Assembly: GCA_002633005.1 (NCBI GenBank) | Contig: NMRA01000005.1 | Span: 1,290,319 to 1,354,318, forward strand | Length of the DNA stretch: 64,000 nucleotides | Direction: 5' to 3' | DNA from: Phoronis australis | Lineage: Eukaryota; Animalia; Phoronida | Shown here: positions 25,260 through 36,950 of the stretch, piece by piece | Position numbering within the stretch: the stretch's first letter is position 1 | Layout: each line of letters begins with the position of its first letter | Made by a program: the position numbers and the translations under genes | Notes under the pieces: model-generated | The model's input: the letters and a program-made list of their open reading frames with translations, nothing else | What the model was told of the DNA's origin: nothing | The model's database searches: none

Positions 25260-25455
25260 GATTCTTTCCGCCTTGCCCCAGTTACGCGTTTAGACACAAC
25301 TTGTAGTGTAAATGGCACTTATCAGAACACACATGCAATCAGATCCTTTCCACCTTGCCCCAGTTACGCGGGCACTTATCAGAACACACATGCAATCAGA
25401 TCCTTTCCACCTTGCCCCAGTTACGCAGGCACTTATCAGAACACACATGCAATCA
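25260..25455. repeat. 57-bp tandem repeat, about 2.5 copies plus an upstream half unit
   Basis: GGCACTTATCAGAACACACATGCAATCAGATCCTTTCCACCTTGCCCCAGTTACGC(G/A) starts at 25314, 25371 and 25428 (partial). Confidence 0.9.
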
Positions 25456-26535
25456 ACCTAAAGACAACATTACATCCTGAGTTTTTGTAATTTTTCGCCT
25501 TTCAAACATTTATTACAAAAACTAATACAGATACAAATATATCATTTTTGTAAAATTTGAAGGAATGCTTGCGTTGGTAATACCTTGTCAATGTGAAACT
25601 AGATTGTTCTTTTGACAAGATCACCTGATGTTACAGAAAAATTCTTCAGTTCCTACTGACATAATACATGTCATACAAGTGAAATTTCATTTTGTTGAAT
25701 TTACCAACAAAAATAACTCTTAACTAAATTTTACCTTGTCCAAGCATAGTTTGTTATCGTATAGTTGCTATCAAACAATATTTTGAACAATTAATTGCAA
25801 CAAAGTAGTCAGCTTTGATAGCAGAAAAATCAATTTTAGCAATTGCTTTTTGACTAATTTGAAAATTGTTAGGGACATAAACTCAGAGGTTATTAATATT
25901 GAATGCTGATGAACAAATTGAACTGCATGGGTTCTAGTCATGACAGAACGTTCACTCCGCACTCGGCTTGAAACATACAGGCTACTTTACTTAAATACCT
26001 GTATATTTTTAGAATGTCTGTCCTTAACATTAAATTCCTTACATTATTCAACAAATCCCACATACACCCACAAAGATAGTCATCTATTCAAACAGTATAT
26101 TGCTACTCCATGGTGGAATTCAAAAGCATCTGAAAACCGAACTGGTGATTAGTAATCCCGTCTGAGGAAGGGTGTCTGAAAAGCATCAGCAGATGCTTGT
26201 AGTGTATTTTAGGAGTCAGGAAATAGACCATCTGGTTTTCATATAAACATTACCAACAGTAGTGGGATCAGCAATTCTAAACCTGGGTCATTTTGGAGGA
26301 CTGCACTGCAGAGGAGATAGGAATATTAGTTTGGTCTAAGTCACAAGTTCAGAATTGATAGCAAGTATGTGGTTGGCGTTAGGACAATCTCATCCCAATT
26401 GTGTGGAGACAAAACTATCAATATTATTACCGGCACAGTAATAGATGGAAACACCCCCAATTAGATGTCATTAAGACCATTTATTTTGATTGTGTGGCTG
26501 AAACTTCACTCAGGTCACAGAACAAAATGTGTTAA

Positions 26536-26873
26536 GGCCCTTTCATACTAACAGAACTCCCGTATGAAGGGAGCTTGGATGTAAACTGTGAAGTTCATTG
26601 AATAGCTCATGCCAGCTTTGGTAGTTAACGGCATCGAAGTAAAACTGTAGGTGATGCTGTCGTCATCGAAGTAATCGCAAGGTAGCACTCATGCATCCTC
26701 AGTGTCCAGTCTAAGATATGTGACTATTTGAGAATATTTGCATGTGCTAATTGAAATAAAACTTATTTCTGATTAGATTGGTCTCTATATTCGAGCCGAA
26801 CCGAAGTTAACTTTTCATACTGACCGCATTACTCCCCAAAACATCGATGCGTCCCCGTTAGTGTGAAAGGGCC
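26536..26873. mobile_element. PIF/Harbinger-like MITE
   Basis: TIR GGCCCTTTCATACTAAC...GTTAGTGTGAAAGGGCC (16/17). TAA on the left; the right-hand TSD is not preserved. Confidence 0.65.
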
Positions 26874-29158
26874 GCCAACAGATCTTGTGACAATGGAAAT
26901 GTTGTGCTATACAGTCAATTCTTCAAACGTTTATCAAAGTTTTCGTCAATGCTATGTAATTTTAGGATATTCCAAATCAAGATTTGACACTATGCGGAGA
27001 ATTATTATCCACAATCAGTTACAATGTATTGGGTCTACATACATTTAGCAGATAACACATTTGTTTAAAAATCTTGGACTATAAGAATGATTTTCAGTGA
27101 TAACATTACCTTTAAAAAATCTACATTTTGCCAAGGTTATCTTACTGATATCTTGAAAAATGTAGATTTTTATCCCAGTCAGTAAAAGTGCGTATTTTCT
27201 GAAAGTGGGAACATTGTAGAATTAGATTTTTGACTCTATGCCAATCAGCCATTAATTGGATTGCGTGACCACGAGTTTTAAATTTAGAGAACAAAGCATT
27301 CATGGTAAAACAACGGTATTCAATCGGACAGGACAAAAATTTTGTTTGACCATAAATGTTCATCATTTTGACTATTTTCATTTTAATTTTTTGAGAATAA
27401 TGATCCTCATCTAACTATTCACGACAATTTCTGAAACAAACTGAATAAAACGTAACTAGTTTTGTATATATACCGTTAAATAACCCATTTAGTTATTCAA
27501 TGCGCGTTGAATAACATTTTGTCGGGAACCCTAGGGCGGTTTGGGACCTGCTTCGCAAGAATTTCAGTTTGTCGACTTAACTACTGTGACACTCAGCAGC
27601 TGACGTCATCGAACATGAAAATAGAATACTTAATGAGGATGCGCAATAACTGCAATTGTTCAGCAAACGGCATTGTACCGACATTTATACGCTATGAAAA
27701 ATAAGATGCATAATTTCCATAAAAACAATATTTTGATTCAGTGAAATTTATCTCTCATGTTCTCTCACTTGTAAATCACCGATCTCCAACTTGAATGCGG
27801 GTGTGTCGTCCGGATCCTTTGATTTGAGCATTATATTCAGTTACTAGTGGTAACCTACTTTAGCAGACGATATTTTCACGGTGGAAGCCTAGCATAAGAT
27901 GTGTAGTAAGCTAAACTAGTTGCTTAAAACTTATTTAATGGATTCCCTTTATTTCTATTTTGTTTAAATTTTCAATTGATTTTGAGTAAAAACATTATTT
28001 TAACAAGAATAACTCGGCGTTTCTTAAAAAATCACGACCTGGCCGACGCTGGGCCTCTGACATAGAAAGTAGTTACAAAAGCCGAGGCGAGTCGAGAAAG
28101 GTAGATCGACTCATTGCAATGTTTATGGTTCAGTATGTGATATAAATAGATTGTTACATGTTCTCAGTCGTTATCCCCCTTATCTAGAGCCCTCGTGGCA
28201 ATAATTCCCCAAAACCCACTTGGGCTCTAGATTACGGGAGATATTATTTCAGTCAAGGTTTTTTAATGTAAATGAAGTCATCCCTAATGTAATTGCCCTG
28301 CTCCACACAAAATGATCTTAGATCAGAGATAATGAGAATTGATGACGCCATCAGCTTTTGTCACACGTCTATCATGTGGAGTCAAATGTCACAAATCTCG
28401 TCAAAGTACATTAGGAACCAATGCCCAGCATCTAACGCCCTCAATTTCTAATATGACATTAGTCGACTTGTTGAACCAGTCATGTGCAATAACAAATAGA
28501 CACTCTTTCCAAGGGGACTAATCGCCTCTAATTTGAGTAAGGAATCACCTGTAACCAATTTCCATACTTGCCCGACTTAACACACCCACGTTTGGCATAA
28601 CGCCCAACCTCAAAATTTCCCAATTTTCACTTTTAAGCACCACTCCAATTAATACAGGCCAGACTTCCCTTAGAAAAGACCAGTGTTTTTTGAACACCCA
28701 TCTCGTGCTGCTCGCAACATTTTAGACACAGCGGACTACACAAATTAAACCAGTCATTGAAAATTGAACCTTTTCATTGCTTAGACAGCAAAAATTGGTT
28801 AACTACAACAGAATTTAGAAAAGAGAAACCAACACCCATTGGAACCGCTGTTTCTTCAAGTTTGTTGATATGTCCCAACTCCTATAGTGTAACTTGCCTG
28901 AGCAACACAACGAAGCCACTTTACTCTGTACATCAACACTCATCAGCATTATCCAAAGAATGAAAGGAATTTTCATTGAATGGGTGAGTGCCTAATGCAA
29001 ATTGTTCTTTGCTAAGCCAATAAATACAAAAGGGAGCTACCTGTGAGTTAGCCTGATTACTTAAAACCACAGGCTCAATGGGATAAAATTTCACCCGAAT
29101 TTTGGAGAAAAATAAGTAGCAAAAATCCCTTTCGTGATTTTCCAAAGGCTCTATAAAT

Positions 29159-29308
29159 CAGGAGCAGATTTAAGGGGGGGGGGCAAGGGGGCCATGACCC
29201 CCCCTAAAACTCTCCCAGATTCCATTTGGCAGTTCGGGGGTGCAAATGTCTGACGGGCAAATACTCTGCCCTGGCCCCCCTTAACTCAAACTGCTGGATC
29301 CGCCCCTG
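29159..29308 (+). mobile_element. G/C-run MITE with 5-bp TSD (hAT5-like), family 1
   Basis: CAGGAGCAGAT...ATCCGCCCCTG. Perfect TSD TAAAT at 29154-29158 and 29309-29313. Confidence 0.8.
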
Positions 29309-31020
29309 TAAATGCATGCAATTTTTCAAAACTTTGTCTGTTGGTAGCTGTGGTACAATACATGAACATGGAAGTACAATAAATCGGTGTTACATGTGTT
29401 GCATTGAAAACATGATAAAATAAAAATTCACTTATCAGACATATTTTCCAGTAACTGTAGTTGGCGTTCAACCACTTATTATGCACAAAAAATGTTAATG
29501 GTTAGAGTCGGAAAAAACAATGACTTTGTGACTGACTGCCAGGACAGTTCATACCAGAGTAAAGCTTCTAACATTTTAGGAAAATGTCATTTTTTACAAG
29601 TTCCGTTTCAGAGATCATCAAAACATTTAAATTGGCTGAAAAAACTAGCATCTAGCCCATGATGACATCACACACTGAGCTTCAAGTTTTGCAGAAAGTC
29701 CATCCAAATACAATGTTGATCTTTGTCAAGTGGTCCACTGTGTTTTAACAAGAAGATAAGATTCCTCAGTAGCCTTCAAATAATAAATAGCAGATTATGT
29801 TTGATTTTTACACCAAACTATTCCAAACAATGACTGTTTAGCAAACACAGGCAGTACAGCCATAGCCAATTAATTTTGAAATTTATAGGGATTGTTGTAT
29901 AAAGAATCACATTGTGAATTGTAAATGCAAGAAGCATCAACAAATACCGATTGTTTGTTGCAACGCAGCCTACTTTGATACAAGTCTCAGCAAAACTTGG
30001 TTTTTCCAGTTCAACTACCTGTTTTTCATATTATGGCACTGTTTGACACCTGGAGTCAGATGTTACAACCCGGTGGGCAGGGCAGGGCAGGGGGATGGTT
30101 ACTCACACGTTACATGTTCTATGATGACCAAAGTACAGTGTAAGTATGTTCTAGTAAAATATATCATTATGTCATGATGTGGATTGTATATTTCATTGTC
30201 ATAATGTGGTTGGGACAGTATTTGTGACATCTAACTCCAGATGACAGACACAGACAGTACGACTGAAAAACTGGTAATTTAACAGGACGAAAAATGAAGT
30301 CAAGTCATGTGTTTAATAAATTACTGATTAGAACACAACTTTTCAATTAAAAAAGTCACTAGGAGAGTTTTTTTACACTAAGCTAACTGTCTGATTAGTC
30401 AATAATTTATTCAATTTCTTTTGAAAACAAATGCTGCAACTTCAAATGCAAAAAGTAGAGCTTTATATTTTTACGACTAAGCATCAGATTCAGTGACGGA
30501 ACTTTCAAGACACCTCGGAATTGAATCATGGCAGAAATAACAATGCATTTTGCAGCGCCAAACACATATACAGTAGTTCACTATCAATGACATTATTAAT
30601 AGTGCTAAATTTCCAAGAAAGAAGTCACGACAGTATATCTATCAATCATGTCACCATGTATTGACTCAGTAAAATTCCAAACTGTTAAGATAATAAGTGC
30701 AGTCTTATGAAGACATTTTGTTTCCATTTCTGTTTCAAAATTGATTAAATACACGACACTTGTCATTATTAACAGTCTTTATTCCGTTACGTTCGTATCC
30801 AGAGTCGGAACACTCAGCAGAGTATAGTCATTTCTGTTTCAAGAAAGCTTTACCAAAACCATACGTCAGACACAGGCAATACAGTACCGGGACCCGAGGT
30901 GGGGGAGGGGGGGTACTTCCAGATAGTGCACAAGCGGGACAGGTCACTCAGATGTGCAAAATTTTGGCGACAAAAAATCTGCCTTCCGACTCAATTCCCC
31001 AGAATTCAGTTTCATAGGAT

Positions 31021-31098
31021 AACATTGGGAGTTATCTCCCTACCATTGGGAGTTATCTCCCTACCATTGGGAGTTATCTCCCTAACATTGGGAGTTAT
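31021..31098. repeat. 21-bp tandem repeat, about 3.7 copies
   Basis: A(A/C)CATTGGGAGTTATCTCCCT at 31021, 31042, 31063 and 31084 (partial). Confidence 0.9.
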
Positions 31099-31178
31099 GA
31101 AGGGGGATGTTTCTGGAACAAAAATCCACAAAAGGTTCTTAAATATGAAAAACTTTTCTAAAAGGGGTAATAATCAGT

Positions 31179-31415
31179 CAGAGGCGGATCTACAGGGGGG
31201 GTTCAGGGGGTTTAAACCCCCCCTCGGGACAGGATCAAAAATAAAAACTGGAAAAAAAATCGCCAGAAAAACGAAATTAGCTACTAAAAATCCCAAAAAA
31301 TCTTACACGGGAGGAGGGAAACCCTCTCGCGACCTTCCTTCTCCTCGGCGCTACGCGCCTCGGATTGTTTCGAATCCTAAACCCCCCCCTTACTGAAATC
31401 GTAGATCTGCCACTG
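31179..31415. mobile_element. G/C-run MITE with 5-bp TSD (hAT5-like)
   Basis: TIR CAGAGGCGGATCTA...TAGATCTGCCACTG. Flanks TCAGT/TCACT (4/5). Confidence 0.75.
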
Positions 31416-31762
31416 TCACTTACAGCATACAGCATTTTGAGAACAGTTTTCTCAACTGAACAATGGCCTACAAACTGGTTCTCAAAATGCGGGACCAGAC
31501 CTGTAAGTGACTATTGCCCGAAAAAGGCGGCCTACACAATTTTTCAAGCTGAACACTCCACTCCAAAACAGTCGTGCAGAAGTTAGACCACGTTCGAAAA
31601 TCAATTCTCTAAGAAACCTTCTTGGCTTTAGTTTAATGAGGATTAACACATGTCAAAGTATCAAAATATTAAGTTTGTTTTCAATTTGATAGTGTCCTCA
31701 GTAAATTTGCCATGCAAATATTGCCATTCTGAGCACTATCTCACAAAACCATCAAAGCAACT

Positions 31763-32061
31763 GGACTTGTGACTTGTCAGCATTGGTGGTATTGCCAATT
31801 TGCAGAGTGACTTATGACTTCTCAGCATTGATTGTACAGCCATTGCACAGTGATTTATGACTTCTCAGCATTGGTGGTACAGCCATTGCAGACTGGTGAC
31901 TTATGATTTCTCAGCATTGGTGATTACTGCTATTGTAGAGTTACTTGTGACTTCTCAACATTACTGGTACCAGAGTACCAGGAACCATCACAGAGTGACT
32001 TATGCCTTCTCAGCATGGGTTGTGCTGCCATTGCAGAGTGACTTGTGACTTCTTAGAATTG
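31763..32061. repeat. Degenerate ~43-bp minisatellite, about 7 copies
   Basis: Consensus close to GTGACTTATGACTTCTCAGCATTGGTGGTACAGCCATTGCAGA. Confidence 0.85.
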
Positions 32062-34093
32062 TTACGAAATACAAAAAGATGACAGAAATTTACAAACTTC
32101 AAAGCAATTATAAATTGCGACATGCTTTGATAAAAGTCCAACATTGTTAATTATTTATCAGACAGTGACCAAAGCGTTTCCTAATTGGACTGATCACTCT
32201 CATAAAAGGATCAATTATACTTTGGATATTTTATAAAAACTTGTCATTAGATTTCTAAATGTTTTGTATTTACTTAGCCAGTAAAGTAATTGGGAAGTGT
32301 CCCTTATCCTAGCTTAGACAAAGAAAACTATCAAGTGAGATCTTTCAATCTACATAAGGAAATAAGCCAATAAAAACCTTCCTCTGTCTGTTAATCACTA
32401 GTTTTTGCCCATCTCAGTAATTGTCCTTAATTACATCCGCTGGTTTTTCCAGGCTGAAATCTTTCATGTCTACATCACTTGATCGATTCTGCCAATTAAC
32501 AGAAATTTCACTAAAATTGGGCAGCTGTTGAAACTGATTTAAAACCAACACTAGAAAGTCAAAGTTTAGGTGTGGAGAGATGAGTTACCTATGTTAATTA
32601 ACTGGATGAAAGGTGAGCGGCTCATCACTGGCAATTAACATCCGGTGAAATTACCTGACATAATGAGAGTAAGCGAGACCTCCTGCTGTGACCACCTTCC
32701 GTTGGTACTATTAAGAATTGACCACGTCTGATTAAAGTGTTAACTAATTACCAACTTCCTGAGCAACACCGCCCACACAAGAAAATTAAGAGGAAAGATT
32801 GATATTAGTTTCTGGCAAAATTAGAAGCAATACATCGAAGAAAAAATTAGGGCTACAGAACAGCACAAGAGCGACATTTCAATGCTTGCCTCAGATGGAA
32901 GATCAGTAAACAAATTCACAGGAAATATTTTTGCATATTTGTTGATTATGTTAAAACTTCATAAAGTATGACTGCCATGATCAAACACGGAATTAAACTT
33001 TGAACGTTTCTTGTAATAGAGCAAGCGCTAGAAAAAGGAAAAAATGACGATTTTGACGATAGGCTAATATTTCTATTCAGATTTGAGGAAACTTTACCAT
33101 ACTGTAAACCCACCTTCTGTCCATGAATAATTATTGGTTTTGACTACTTACAGTCACCAATTGGTCGAAAAATGTCCTTAATCAAATTAAGGGTCATAAT
33201 GCATGCCTGAAAAGAACTGATAGTTGGGGATTGCTTGGGCCCAGCCGCTACAAGTGGGCAGACAACTTCATGCTCTGAATGTGGTCTGAAGTAATTATGA
33301 ACTTCCAAGTCAAAACTAAACTTAAGTGGAGACCAGTTTTATGGTGGTAATCCTTCTAAATCAATATTTTGTCTCTTTATACCGACGACAAAAGCTCGAC
33401 ATGGAACGAACGAGTTGTTAAGTTGCGAATTAACCCATTTCAGTGTATTTACACAACAATATCGGAAGCTGTCAGTTACAAGAAGCCAATCTGCACAAAC
33501 GCCCAAAACCATGTGGAATTCCAGCTATTACGTGAATTTGTAACATCACGATGACAAGGAAACAGACAAAGCAACAACCGCATGGTGCAGGCAATTATAC
33601 TCAGCTAAAAGACGTAGGGCAGTGAATGAGCAATTCGTAGTTATGACCCGCAAGCCATCATACATATGTACGTTATGATAATAATCGGATATAACATCCC
33701 CATATTTTGAGAATCCATTTGATGCCCATTATTCAGTAGAGAAAACTGGTTCTCAAAATGCAGGCATGTTATATTCGACCTACATTGCTGCGCAAACGCA
33801 AATGAGACGATTCCTCCTGCCTTGCCACTGTTTTTGTGTTTCGAGGTATAGTTGACAAGGAACAACTGGATAAATCAGATGCAATTTACCTTACATTAGA
33901 AATGGGTGACAAAGTTGTTCCATCAGTTCTGTTTACACACATACTTGGAAGTGGATCATCTCATTCCATGTCCAGTTTTTCTGTGTCAACTTAAGCGTCA
34001 TGTAAATCAATGCAAAATCTCATGTTAACAGTGCAGTATCGGCCTCAATTGCTAGTGAAAACTAACTTGGGTTGCTGAATTAGAAAACATCAC

Positions 34094-34346
34094 CATGCAT
34101 GCACCCAGCCTTTAATATGGGGAGCTCGAATCTCTGACAAAGTGGACCTTTTGCTACCAAAAAAGCGGGAGAACTAAAAAAACATGGTACCACCTTCAAG
34201 TCTGTGAACTGGGCGTCTGTGCCTTTTTAGTGGACTTTTGTCTCATTTTCTCGGACTTTTTATTTCTCTGAGGCGGAACTTTTTACCCACTTTGCCAAAT
34301 GGGGGGCTCATTTGAGCCCCCCGAGCCCCCCCTGGGTGCGAGCATG
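34094..34346 (-). mobile_element. CATG-terminated MITE with 5-bp TSD, family 2
   Basis: TIR CATGCATGCACCCAG...CTGGGTGCGAGCATG. Perfect TSD ATCAC at 34089-34093 and 34347-34351. Homologous to 40369-40611 and 55277-55515. Confidence 0.85.
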
Positions 34347-34760
34347 ATCACTTACTACTTCTACTGGGAATTTCCACCAACAGACCGTCCAAATATAAGC
34401 CTATTACCTTCATTACAGTTGAAAAACTCGGATAGAAACCGACAGGCGTAACTTCTACAGTTATCTGTCATAAAAGTACAAAAAAGACAAAGTAAGAAAT
34501 AACAAAGAAATTAATGGTATAAAAAGGCAGACGTCTGATTCCAGAACCATGTGCACTTTGCTGCAAGGGAATAACAAAGCACAATATGAACAACGATGAT
34601 AATATGAAATGTCACAAGAAATGAGCTGGGTTTATCATGAAAATCTGGGTCAGGTAGATAGGAAAATAACAGCAGCCTTTGAAATTTAATTTTATTCTAT
34701 CTCTCAAAAAACTTCATAAAGATAAAAATACGTTGGTCCATTAGTAGCTTGGTTTGTTAC

Positions 34761-34919
34761 CAGGGGCGCATCCAGGAATTTTGAGTTGGGGGGGTGCGCA
34801 GGGCAAAGTATTTAGCCAGGATTTCACTAGTCAGACATTCGTACCCCAAACTACCATGAGGGGAGAATTTTAGGGGGAGAGCATGGCCACCTTGCCCCCC
34901 CCCCCTAAATCCACCACTG
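34761..34919 (-). mobile_element. G/C-run MITE family 1, inverted relative to the 29159 copy
   Basis: CAGGGGCGCATCC...AATCCACCACTG. Flanks GTTAC/GTTGC (4/5). Internal sequence matches the reverse complement of 29159-29308. Confidence 0.8.
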
Positions 34920-36221
34920 GTTGCTGTGTAGATGTCAAAAATAACATTTGGTGAAATTTCCATTATTTACAGATTTTGAAAAATGAAATTTTGACAATAT
35001 GGCAATCATTTTTGTGAAATATTGCTGCAGAACTGCCACACCCTGTGTCTCATTGTTGGACTTTCAAAAGGTAAAGTACATCTAACGTGTACTTTTTTCA
35101 CTCCCACCCAACCCACGCATAAGGGTTCTTGTCTGACATTGCTTCATGTTTATTCATTATGACCTGATAGTGCCTTTATTCACTTATTTAGCACACAATA
35201 TGGCTGGCAAGTGAAATTCTATTTTGTCAAATTTCTTCATAAAAATCAAGGACTAAGAAATATTTAATCTATTATTATGATGCCTTGTACCACGTAGATG
35301 TCAAAAAACATTTGTTGAAGTTTCCACTATTTGTAGCAAAGTAATCAGTCTTTGAAAAATGGAAAAAATGACAATTTTGGCAATTATTTTTGTACACAAA
35401 GTTGAGAATTACTGTAATGTCAGTTCGAAAAGGAATGGTAAGTGTTCACGTACTGAGCAAGCAATATGGCAGACAAACGAAATTATATTTTTCAACTTTC
35501 TCAACAAAAATCAAATTTAANATTTCACCAGTCAGACATTCGTACCCCAAACTACCATAAGGAGGGGAGAATTTTAGGGGGAGAGCATGGCCACCTTGCC
35601 CCCCCCTAAATCCGCCATTGGTTGCTGTGTAGATGTCAAAAATAACATTTGGTGAAATTTCCATTATTTACAGATTTTGAAAAATGAAATTTTGACAATA
35701 TGGCAATCATTTTTGTGAAATATTGCTGAAGAACTGCCACACCCTGTGTCTCATTGTTGGACTTTCAAAAGGTAAAGTACATCTAACGTGAACTTTTTTC
35801 ACTCCCACCCAACCCACGCATAAGGGTTCTTGTCTGACATTGCTTCATGTTTATTCATTATGACCTGATAGCGCCTTTATTCACTTATTTAGCACACAAT
35901 ATGGCTGGCAAGTGAAATTCTATTTTGTCAAATTTCTTCATAAAAATCAAGGACTAAGAAATATTTAATCTATTATTTTGATGCCTTGTACCACGTAGAT
36001 GTCAAAAAACATTTGTTGAAGTTTCCACTGTTTGTAGCAAAGTAGTCAGTCTTTGAAAAATGGAAAAAATGACAATTTTGGCAATTATTTTTGTACACAA
36101 AGTCGAGAATTACCGTAATGTCAGTTCGAAAAGGAATGGTAAGTGTTCACGTACTGAACAAGCAATATGGCAGACAAACGAAATTATATTTTTCAACTTT
36201 CTCAACAAAAATCAAATTTAA
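34821..36221. repeat. 700-bp direct duplication joined by a single N (probable unmerged haplotype overlap)
   Basis: 34821-35520 versus 35522-36221, with N at 35521. About 15 substitutions or indels by eye. Confidence 0.9.
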
Positions 36222-36563
36222 GAAAACTTCAGCCCAATATTTGATTGTATTGAACTGCCTGTATGTCTTAAATAACATTTAGTAAAAGTTTCCTTTACTT
36301 GCTGCTACTGGTGCTCAGGTTTTTACTAGCAGAAAACAGATGATTTTGGAAATTATTGTTGTGCATAAGAGTACCATCATTAATCATTCAAAAATCATAA
36401 CTTCCTCTCACAATAAAATACAAAAAAATCTTAAATTTCAAACAGTGAAAAATGCAATATCTAAGAAGTGAAGTTTCACTCAAACCAATTTAAGTATTAA
36501 CTGCTGACAAATGCAAAATACAAAAGAAATGACCGGAAAAATAACCAATTGAAATGCGCCAAT

Positions 36564-36950
36564 AGGGCCGTCCCGGATTACTAAGCGACACTCAAATCTC
36601 GCTGCATTTACCCACAATGCCAGGCACACTCTTGCTGCCTTTTTTGCAACTGGATTTTCACATGCTATTTGTTGTTGTCTGATTATTTTCACGATTTTCT
36701 CGGTTGCATTACTCTCTTCATCCTTCCAATGCCAATAAGTATTACTGCTGTGCTGTGCACTGCAATTCCAACGTGAGAAAGTTTGATAAACTGGACAAAT
36801 ACCAGTATATGCAGGATCTGAAACTCTCTGCGTTACTGACATCAATGAGAGACACTGAAGAAAATGTGCCTTATTTTCAAACGAGGTCATGCGCTTTCTT
36901 ATCTCCAGGACAAAGGAGAGTTCTGTTGCAGTGTAATGTGGGATGGCCCT
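36564..36950 (+). mobile_element. Internally deleted DNA transposon with a THAP-domain relic (ISL2EU-like)
   Basis: TIR AGGGCCGTCCCGGATTAC...GTAATGTGGGATGGCCCT, flanked by AT on both sides. An internal frameshifted ATGCCA...NKYYCCAVHCNSN resembles a THAP N-terminus. Confidence 0.65.

Noticed and set aside
25260-25455. Repeat-spacer-like pattern
   Set aside because: Simple 57-bp tandem duplication: the putative spacers are identical.
30899-31396. 165-aa ORF, the longest in the track
   Set aside because: It runs through a G-rich MITE end, a 21-bp tandem repeat and another MITE. Not a credible gene.
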